From IMG/VR virus record IMGVR_UViG_2974789010_000001, positions 10,182 to 74,181 of that record: a stretch of 64,000 bases of DNA; one strand, given 5' to 3'. A program made the translations under genes and the position numbers. Below the pieces are notes generated by a model. It was not told the origin of the DNA. It ran no database searches and saw only the letters and a program-made list of their open reading frames with translations. Numbering within the stretch: the stretch's first letter is position 1; the number at the start of each line of letters is the position of its first letter. Source of the DNA: a virus. Lineage: Duplodnaviria > Heunggongvirae > Uroviricota > Caudoviricetes > Crassvirales. Positions 57,004 to 64,000 of the stretch are shown here, in pieces.

Positions 57004-57402
57004 ATGAAAAGAATTAATAGTATAATTGAGTCAGAATTTGCCCCAGCATCAAAGAATGATATGTGGTTATTCAAAGGCTCATTAAAGTACTTTGGACCTA
57101 GTGGTTGGGCTGACATTCAAGCAGCTATTGAAGGCTCAGTAGATTGGGATGGTATAACTAATAAACCAAACTTTGCTACAGTAGCTACAAGTGGAAGTTA
57201 TAATGACTTATCAGACAAACCTACTATACCTCCAGCTTACACTCTTCCTGCTGCAACTATAAGTACAATAGGAGGTGTAAAGAAGGCTACTAATGTGGAT
57301 AATTTAGCTACTGGAGCTGAGTTAGCAACAGTAGTTACTAAGGTGAATGCAATTCTGTCTGCATTAAAGGTGGCAGATATAATGGTTGAAGATGCAAACT
57401 AA
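57004..57402 (+). CDS. Hypothetical virion-associated protein
   Basis: 132-aa ORF preceding the tail fibre genes. Confidence 0.35.
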   Translation: MKRINSIIESEFAPASKNDMWLFKGSLKYFGPSGWADIQAAIEGSVDWDGITNKPNFATVATSGSYNDLSDKPTIPPAYTLPAATISTIGGVKKATNVDNLATGAELATVVTKVNAILSALKVADIMVEDAN

Positions 57403-57408
57403 TATACT

Positions 57409-59775
57409 ATGTTTTTTACACAAGAAGATTATAGAAAAATAGAGAAGTGGCTATTAGCAAATAGTGTTAAAGATACTGAGTTTGCTGGAGCTTCTCTACC
57501 TCTTAAAGGTAATGAGACAGTAGCATTTGTACAAGATGGTAAGAATGTTAATGTACTCTTGAAGGATTTGATAGAACAAATCTTTCTATTAGGAGTATCA
57601 GACTTTCTTAATGTTACAGATAAGTATGGTGAATCAAGAATTAGCCTTACTCAAGCTATTCAACTAATACCTTATAAGAGTAGAAAGATTGGTCAAGTTA
57701 TTACCTTTCTTGATGAAGATGGAGAATGGAAACTATTCCAATTTCAAGGAGAAAGGGTGAATCAATGGAATAATGCAACTTTATGGGTTGATTTAATTAA
57801 GAGAATACAAGGTATATCTATTATAGATAGTGAAGATATAACAGCTACTGTAGATAACTTGGATCAAACTTCCTTAACATTTGCAGATAAGAACTATAAT
57901 ACTATTGACTATTCAGGTTTAGGTAGAGTGTATCTTAGAAAGAATATACAAAGGGTTCAGAATCCAAATACAGGTATATTCTATAATACTAATTTGCTTA
58001 CTCAGCAAATGATAAGTAAAGAGAATACTATTTATATTATACAGTATGACTATAACTTAAACAAACAAACCATTATTATTCCTAATAACTCAGTTTTAGT
58101 GTTTGAAGGAGGTTCTATATCAAATGGTACTATAACAGGGACTAACACTGATATAGTGTCAATAGATAATAATAAAATAATCTTTGGAGAGGATACTGTT
58201 ATTACTGGTATATGGAGTGTATTAGAAATTTATGATTCGTGGTTCTATAGTGGAGAAGATGATACATTAGGCATAAAATCTTTATTTGCTTTATGTAATG
58301 ATACTGTAATAAATAATGTATTTATAAATCTTAATCACAAAGTATCAGTAACTACTAATAATGGTGATGTAATTAATGTACCAAGTAATACCACAATTTT
58401 TATTGAGGGTACTATAGAATTATTACCTAATAATTTCCCAAGATACAATATTATTAAAATTCAAGATAAAAATAATATTGTAATAAGTGGAAATGGGAAA
58501 ATAGTAGGGGATGTAAGAAATCATATTGGTGTAGATGGAGAATGGGGGATGGGGATTAACATTTTAAATTCCACTGATATTAGAATTAGTAAAATAAAAA
58601 TAGATGAGTGCTGGGGAGATGGAATTTATATAGGACAACATAATACAGAAAGTGTATTACCCAAGTATATTTATATAGATGATATAGTAATGTCTAATAA
58701 TAGAAGGCAGGGAATAAGTGTTATCTCAGCAGCCTACTTATTTATAAGTAATTCCCATTTATATAGAACTGGTCAAATTAGCACTACCTCTCCTTCTGCT
58801 GGTATAGACATAGAACCTAATGACATTTCTTTTCAAAGAGTTAAAGAAATTTATATAGATAGTTGTGTGTTTGAGGAAAATATAGGAGGTGGAATTCTAT
58901 TTCATAACCTTCCAGAGAATGCTACAGTATATGTAAATAACTGCGAGTTTATTAAAAATAATATAAGATTTGGTAATTGTAATGGGGTATCTATAAATTC
59001 ATGTAATGTAGACACTATTAACTTAGTTAATAATACATCCCAGCAGAACATAATAATGAACTCCTGTGTATTTAACACATTAAAGGAAACTGATTCTAAT
59101 AAATATAAACCTTCCTTTATATTTAATAGGTGCTTATTTAACTTCCCTTTAAGCTATCATAGTTCAAGAAACATCTCAATTCCAGATAATTCTTGCATGA
59201 AAGTAACTTTACCTGAAAATGCTGCTGCTCTATTAGAAGTGGTTTTTGTGGGTAATTATAATGCCAAGAATATGAATGTTATAAATAGGACTCTTTTTAA
59301 TATAAATGAAAATTCTTCTTATATTGAGGCAAGAAGGGTAAGGACAAGTTTATTTAGGACAGATTCTACCACTTACTCTTACCAAAGAGTAGACCAGACT
59401 ATACTATTTAGTAACCCAATCATAGACTCAAGCAAAAGGCAAGTACATTTTTATATAAAAAATGCCTCAAGTGCTAACTATAGATTTTCTGGAACCTTGT
59501 CAATAAAAGCTATTATTAAATATAACAGTAGTTATGATTTAAACTGGAATAACATCAAGTTGGAAACTGTGCCAGTAGAGCAGGTAACAGATAATCCTGT
59601 ATATGACCTTATTACAGATGGGACAATTGCAGGAAGTACTGAGGATTTCAGTAAATTTGCTTTCTCCAGAGGAGAACTTATGTTTGATACTACTATAGAA
59701 AGAAACATATATTCTAATGGAGTAACTCTAATTAATGAAGATGGCACACTATTAGATAAGGTAACAATAATCTAA
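57409..59775 (+). CDS. Tail fibre or tailspike with a right-handed parallel beta-helix (pectate-lyase fold-like)
   Basis: Periodic N/G/I-rich repeats typical of beta-helix proteins (ISGNGKIVGD, ...NNRRQGISVISAAYLFISNSHL). 788 aa. Confidence 0.55.
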   Translation: MFFTQEDYRKIEKWLLANSVKDTEFAGASLPLKGNETVAFVQDGKNVNVLLKDLIEQIFLLGVSDFLNVTDKYGESRISLTQAIQLIPYKSRKIGQVITFLDEDGEWKLFQFQGERVNQWNNATLWVDLIKRIQGISIIDSEDITATVDNLDQTSLTFADKNYNTIDYSGLGRVYLRKNIQRVQNPNTGIFYNTNLLTQQMISKENTIYIIQYDYNLNKQTIIIPNNSVLVFEGGSISNGTITGTNTDIVSIDNNKIIFGEDTVITGIWSVLEIYDSWFYSGEDDTLGIKSLFALCNDTVINNVFINLNHKVSVTTNNGDVINVPSNTTIFIEGTIELLPNNFPRYNIIKIQDKNNIVISGNGKIVGDVRNHIGVDGEWGMGINILNSTDIRISKIKIDECWGDGIYIGQHNTESVLPKYIYIDDIVMSNNRRQGISVISAAYLFISNSHLYRTGQISTTSPSAGIDIEPNDISFQRVKEIYIDSCVFEENIGGGILFHNLPENATVYVNNCEFIKNNIRFGNCNGVSINSCNVDTINLVNNTSQQNIIMNSCVFNTLKETDSNKYKPSFIFNRCLFNFPLSYHSSRNISIPDNSCMKVTLPENAAALLEVVFVGNYNAKNMNVINRTLFNINENSSYIEARRVRTSLFRTDSTTYSYQRVDQTILFSNPIIDSSKRQVHFYIKNASSANYRFSGTLSIKAIIKYNSSYDLNWNNIKLETVPVEQVTDNPVYDLITDGTIAGSTEDFSKFAFSRGELMFDTTIERNIYSNGVTLINEDGTLLDKVTII

Positions 59776-59782
59776 ATTAAAT

Positions 59783-59822
59783 AAAGTAGTATTTGACATA
59801 TAAGTCAAGTACTACTTTTACT
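59783..59822 (+). terminator. Terminator hairpin after the tail fibre gene
   Basis: AAAGTAGTA-(19 nt)-TACTACTTT followed by TTAC. Confidence 0.45.
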
Positions 59823-59836
59823 TGCATATATGAGAA

Positions 59837-59857
59837 CTTTTACTTATATTTGCAAGC
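59837..59857 (+). promoter_or_regulatory. Promoter-like motif CTTTTACTTATATTTGCAAGC (a second partial copy lies at 59817..59831)
   Basis: Recurring motif about 28 nt upstream of the ATG at 59885. Confidence 0.5.
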
Positions 59858-59884
59858 AATAAAACAATAAAACAATATAAAAAT

Positions 59885-61609
59885 ATGGCTTTAAATATAA
59901 CAATAAATAAGGTAAGTGTAGCAGCATCTTTTGCTGCTGGAGCTACAGTAGCAACTGCTGTTGCATCTGGGGGAACTGCTCCTTATGTATATAGTTTAGC
60001 TACAGGTGGAGATAAGTTTGCTATTAATAGTTCTACAGGAGTAGTTACTACTATTGCAGCTATGGATATAAACAATATTGCCTCCTTTAGTGTAACTGCT
60101 ACAGATAGTACTACTGGAACTGCTCTTACTGGAACCTCAAGTGTAACTTATCCTCCTATTCAATCTGCAATTCAGAATAGGTTTAATAAACCTAATACAA
60201 TATATAAAGTTACAAAAGATATTACTTTAAGTGGAGGTACTCTTACTATACCAGAAGGATGTACACTTGATTTTCAAGGAGGCTCATTTACTAATGGGAC
60301 TATAGTTGGTAATAATACAAAGATTAAAGCTGGCTTAGAAAAGATATTTAATACTAACATTATCCTATCTGAGAGTTGGGATGTAGAAGGATTATATCCA
60401 GAATGGTTTGGAGCTAAAGGAGATGGTGTTAATGATGATCATTCCTATATACAGAAGTGTATTGATATAGGTATAAGTATTAGAATAGACACAATACTTA
60501 ATAAAATATATTCTATAAGTAAGTCCTTATATTTTAATCAAGATTCAAACAATCATGATTGGTATAATATAATAGGAAAGAATGGTGCTATCATAAAAAG
60601 TGTCGGTAACATTGTAGTTTTTGATTCTTCACTACCTTATGGGGGCAGTCACCCCTGTTCCCAATATTTGAGAATTAAAGGGTTACATTTTACTGGTACT
60701 GTGCCTTATTCAACTGTTCTTGATTGCAAAATCATGAGAGTAGAAATAATTGAATGTATATTCAATGTAAGGTTAAGTACTTGCCCTAAATACTTTCAAT
60801 CTTGGTATATTACCAATTGTAAAATAAATAATTATGGAGATACAACCCACACTGATGGATGGCTATACACTCAAGATGGTTTAAATGATTTTAAAATATC
60901 ACAATGCCAATTTGAGTATTCTTTTGGTCCTGCTCTAAGACTTATGGGAGGGGCTAATTATGGAGTTACTGGAGCTTCTATTTCTCAGTGTTTATTTGAA
61001 GCTATAAGAAATGGTGCTGCTATAGAATACTCAAGAAGTTATAACCTTACAGTAATGGGCTGTTATTTTGAAGATAACAAGGGTGGACATGTAGTAGCTA
61101 AAGATGCTGGTACTCATACTGTAGCTCTTCTAGGAAATTTATTTGCTCCTATAGCAGCAAGTGAATCCATAGATAATACGGGAGGCAGTGGAACTTATAA
61201 AGTAGTATGGTGGGGAATGAGAGGATGTGTTTCTTTAGGAAACAATGGAATGGGAACTATGGATAAGGGGCATTTCTTTAAAAGTGCTTCTGAATATACA
61301 ATATCTATATATGATAATGATTTTGTATTTAACACTCATGCTAAAAATGGATATTTACCTACAGGCTCTTTTGGTCAAGGGTTACTTAGAGGTAATACAA
61401 ATTATAACACTGCTACTAATAAAATGACTCTTTGGACTGGGAAGGCTTGGGTAAACTTAGATGGTACTTCCTTAAAGGATAAAGGTACTACTGCTGAAAG
61501 ACCTACAGATTATAGAGCAATTGGTTTTATATATATGGACACTACTTTAAACAAACTTATAGTTTGGGATGGTACAGTTTGGAGGGATTTTAGTGGTACA
61601 GCCGTTTAA
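59885..61609 (+). CDS. Tailspike or depolymerase-like protein with a pectate-lyase superfamily beta-helix
   Basis: EWFGAKGDGVNDDHSYIQKCID matches the Pectate_lyase_3 / tailspike N-terminal signature. C-terminal repeats LWTGKAWVNLDGT and IVWDGTVWRDFSGT. Confidence 0.6.
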   Translation: MALNITINKVSVAASFAAGATVATAVASGGTAPYVYSLATGGDKFAINSSTGVVTTIAAMDINNIASFSVTATDSTTGTALTGTSSVTYPPIQSAIQNRFNKPNTIYKVTKDITLSGGTLTIPEGCTLDFQGGSFTNGTIVGNNTKIKAGLEKIFNTNIILSESWDVEGLYPEWFGAKGDGVNDDHSYIQKCIDIGISIRIDTILNKIYSISKSLYFNQDSNNHDWYNIIGKNGAIIKSVGNIVVFDSSLPYGGSHPCSQYLRIKGLHFTGTVPYSTVLDCKIMRVEIIECIFNVRLSTCPKYFQSWYITNCKINNYGDTTHTDGWLYTQDGLNDFKISQCQFEYSFGPALRLMGGANYGVTGASISQCLFEAIRNGAAIEYSRSYNLTVMGCYFEDNKGGHVVAKDAGTHTVALLGNLFAPIAASESIDNTGGSGTYKVVWWGMRGCVSLGNNGMGTMDKGHFFKSASEYTISIYDNDFVFNTHAKNGYLPTGSFGQGLLRGNTNYNTATNKMTLWTGKAWVNLDGTSLKDKGTTAERPTDYRAIGFIYMDTTLNKLIVWDGTVWRDFSGTAV

Positions 61610-61620
61610 TATAATATTAT

Positions 61621-62103
61621 ATGAAAGATATACAACAACTAATTAAAAAGAATAGTCAAGAGGGAAGATATGAAGATATTTTCCCTAAGACTTTTATTGA
61701 TGCAGTAGAAGATAGAGAATCTGGTAATACTTTAACTGAGATATTATCAGGATTTAACATGTACTTTCTATCTTATAATAGAAGTAGAGAACTAACTAGA
61801 TTACAAGTTCCTTTATCTCTCAGAAAGACTGGATTATGGATTACTTATGTTTTATATGATAAAACTGTAATGACTGAATGGTATGCAGGAGAGGCTATTG
61901 ATGATACTTCATGGACCAATGGTGCTAATTGGAGAGAAGGTCTTACTTCTGATATTTGGAAAAATTATAGAGGATATACTAATGAGAGACCTATATTAAA
62001 AGTAACAGATGATGGGTATCCTTTTTATGATAGAAATTTATCCAAGTATATAGTATGGGATGGGTTTAATTGGTTAAATATGGATGGAACCCCACTAACT
62101 TAA
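61621..62103 (+). CDS. Tail fibre-associated protein sharing the C-terminal W-x-G repeat
   Basis: Ends YIVWDGFNWLNMDGTPLT, the same motif as the C-terminus of 59885..61609. Confidence 0.4.
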   Translation: MKDIQQLIKKNSQEGRYEDIFPKTFIDAVEDRESGNTLTEILSGFNMYFLSYNRSRELTRLQVPLSLRKTGLWITYVLYDKTVMTEWYAGEAIDDTSWTNGANWREGLTSDIWKNYRGYTNERPILKVTDDGYPFYDRNLSKYIVWDGFNWLNMDGTPLT

Positions 62104-62173
62104 TAATATAAATCATTTATACTCTTGTATAGGTGATTTATTTTATATAGATTTGTATTAAAATAGAGAAGAT

Positions 62174-62650
62174 ATGGAATTAATTAAATTAATAAAGATG
62201 TTATTTACACCTATAAAAGATGTAAATGAATTAAATCTTATAGGAATGAAGCATTTCCCATTCAAAGGGTATAAATATATGATGTGGTGTGGTAACATTA
62301 TATATAGAGGAAATGAAACTCCTATTATAAGTGAAGAAAGCTTGACCCATGAAACCATTCACCTCATGCAGGCTAAAGTTAAAGGGAGCTGGATTAAATA
62401 TTATTGGTCATACTTTATTCAATGGATGAAAGGTAATCCTATCATTCATCCTGCTTCCTCAGCTTATTACACTATTCCTTATGAGATGGAAGCATATGCC
62501 AACCAACATAATAAGGAGTATATTGATAATTATCATGGGCAATTTTTACACTGCTATGTTATTAAAGATAGAAAGAAGACTTACAAGTTAAAAGGAGGTA
62601 CTCCAAGAACTTGGAAAGTATATCTTAAAACTATTAAGTTAGAACTATGA
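62174..62650 (+). CDS. Small HExxH-motif protein
   Basis: SLTHETIHLMQAK. Related to 41641..42033. Confidence 0.4.
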   Translation: MELIKLIKMLFTPIKDVNELNLIGMKHFPFKGYKYMMWCGNIIYRGNETPIISEESLTHETIHLMQAKVKGSWIKYYWSYFIQWMKGNPIIHPASSAYYTIPYEMEAYANQHNKEYIDNYHGQFLHCYVIKDRKKTYKLKGGTPRTWKVYLKTIKLEL

Positions 62651-63249
62651 AAAGGATAATAACATTAATAATATTAGCACTTATAGCAGGTATCTCTTAT
62701 TTATATACAGAGAATCTAAGATTAAATCATGAATATAAAATAGCTGCTGAGAATATTAAAGCCTATGATGCACAATTGAGTGGACTTGAAGGTGATAATA
62801 GAGTATTAAAACTAACAGTTGAACAGCTTAATTACTTCAATGATTCAATCATTAAGAAGATAAAGGAAGCACAGAAAGAGTTAAATATAAAAGACTCTAA
62901 GTTAAAACAAGCTCAGTATGAGTTATCTTTTGCAAGTAGAAAAGATACTATTCTTTTGAAGGATACTATATTTAGCTCTACCTTTACTTCACTTGATACT
63001 ATAATGGGAGATAAATGGTTTAGCAATAGAATACAATTATCCTATCCTAACCTTATCTCTTCTAGTGTTAGTTTCAAAAGTGAGAAGTTTTGCTTTGTAC
63101 AATTAAGAAAAGAAACTATCAAACCTCCTAAGAAATTCTTTTTAGCTAGATGGTTTCAGAAGAAGCATTATGTATCTATAGTAACAATAAAAGAGAACAA
63201 TCCTTATATAGAAATAAAAAACAGTAGATTTATACAGATAATAGAATAG
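62647..63249 (+). CDS. Membrane-anchored coiled-coil protein
   Basis: N-terminal TM helix followed by a coiled coil. Confidence 0.4.
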   Translation: MKRIITLIILALIAGISYLYTENLRLNHEYKIAAENIKAYDAQLSGLEGDNRVLKLTVEQLNYFNDSIIKKIKEAQKELNIKDSKLKQAQYELSFASRKDTILLKDTIFSSTFTSLDTIMGDKWFSNRIQLSYPNLISSSVSFKSEKFCFVQLRKETIKPPKKFFLARWFQKKHYVSIVTIKENNPYIEIKNSRFIQIIE

Positions 63250-63251
63250 AT

Positions 63252-63659
63252 ATGGAAATGGATACTATACAGATTATTAGTTTAGTACTTGGGTCCAACT
63301 TGGTTAATACTATAGTTACAGCATGGATTTCTAGAAGAAAGAATACTGCTGAGGTTAATAAAACCAATGCAGAAGTTGATGGAACTCAACTAGATAATCT
63401 TGTGAAGCAACTAGAGTTCTACAAGAAGTTGGTTACTGACTATAAACACCAATTAGAAGAGTACATTCAAATAAGTGAGGAAAACAGGTTAGAGCTTATT
63501 AGGCTAAGGAAAGTAGTTGGTAAGATAGTCAATGATGTTTGCTTAGCCAAGGGGTGCAACAAAAGGGTGTACATTGATGATAAGGCAGTTGAAGATTTGA
63601 TTGGTGGAGTTAAAGAGGATATTAAAATTAAAGTAGATAACAATGAGACGATTAATTAG
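63252..63659 (+). CDS. Membrane-anchored protein
   Basis: N-terminal TM helix. 135 aa. Confidence 0.4.
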   Translation: MEMDTIQIISLVLGSNLVNTIVTAWISRRKNTAEVNKTNAEVDGTQLDNLVKQLEFYKKLVTDYKHQLEEYIQISEENRLELIRLRKVVGKIVNDVCLAKGCNKRVYIDDKAVEDLIGGVKEDIKIKVDNNETIN

Positions 63660-63996
63660 TTATAATGTATTTGAAGGAGACCCTAACTTAATTGCAGAAG
63701 GTCAAATTCTAGTGATTAGAGATGCTAGTGTTGAAGGTAAGATTATAGATATTCAGCAAAGAGTTAATAGTAAACTAGTATCTATAATAACAGATAAGTT
63801 TACCTTTGCAATTAACCCTACTCCTGCTGATGCCACAGTAGTTATCAATGGTTCAACTACTAAGAGTATTAGGGCAGCTAAAGGACATACAGTTACTTGG
63901 TCTGTATCAAAGACAGGGTTTGTAACTCAGTCTGGTAGTGAGGTAATCTCAGGTGATGTATTAAAGAATATAACATTAGTAGAATCTGGCAGTTAA
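63643..63996 (+). CDS. Hypothetical protein (3' end at or near the window edge)
   Basis: 117-aa ORF. Confidence 0.35.
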   Translation: MRRLISYNVFEGDPNLIAEGQILVIRDASVEGKIIDIQQRVNSKLVSIITDKFTFAINPTPADATVVINGSTTKSIRAAKGHTVTWSVSKTGFVTQSGSEVISGDVLKNITLVESGS

Positions 63997-64000
63997 TGAA

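Noticed and set aside
1-64000. CRISPR arrays, integrase or att sites, transposases
   Set aside because: No short direct-repeat/spacer arrays, no tyrosine or serine recombinase motifs and no IS-like inverted repeats were seen. The tRNA cluster looks like phage-encoded tRNAs rather than an integration site.

Overview
This window is about 64 kb of a low-GC (roughly one-third GC by eye) tailed dsDNA phage genome. It splits into two divergently transcribed blocks around a 3 kb switch region (about 38.4-41.6 kb). The minus-strand block (1-38.4 kb) carries replication, nucleotide-metabolism and lysis genes. The plus-strand block (41.6-64 kb) carries a roughly 24-gene tRNA cluster, small early-type genes, terminase large subunit, a putative portal and beta-helix tail fibres or tailspikes.

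Minus-strand block, by my reading of motifs:
- family A DNA polymerase, Toprim primase, DnaB-like helicase, SF2 DEAH helicase, Sak4-like ATPase
- dUTPase, UDG-like protein, ThyX, class II-like ribonucleotide reductase (RNR), Prs plus a small phosphoribosyltransferase (PRTase)
- PD-(D/E)XK nuclease, T7 endonuclease I-like resolvase
- E1-like plus JAMM/JAB pair, a protein with a bL12-like domain
- endolysin with holin-like and SPFH membrane proteins

There are at least 12 free-standing homing endonuclease genes (8 HNH, 1 LAGLIDADG, 3 GIY-YIG). thyX and the RNR gene are interrupted by intron-like insertions that carry such genes.

A recurring plus-strand promoter-like motif, TTTTACTTACCTTTGCAAG, contains the Bacteroidota -7 element TAnnTTTG. 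Together with the overall architecture, this suggests a Bacteroidota host and a possible crAss-like (Crassvirales-like) affiliation. I could not run any searches, so the affiliation is an inference.

All calls rest on motif recognition by eye. tRNA coordinates are approximate (plus or minus a few nt).

The best candidate for an undescribed system is the tight operon 17.9-23.8 kb: bL12-like protein with a GG-containing C-terminus, a 393-aa unknown, JAB/JAMM, E1-like, a 262-aa HPN-containing protein, and UDG-like. A second candidate is the pair of minus-strand tRNAs carrying 40-60 nt insertions in the anticodon loop.
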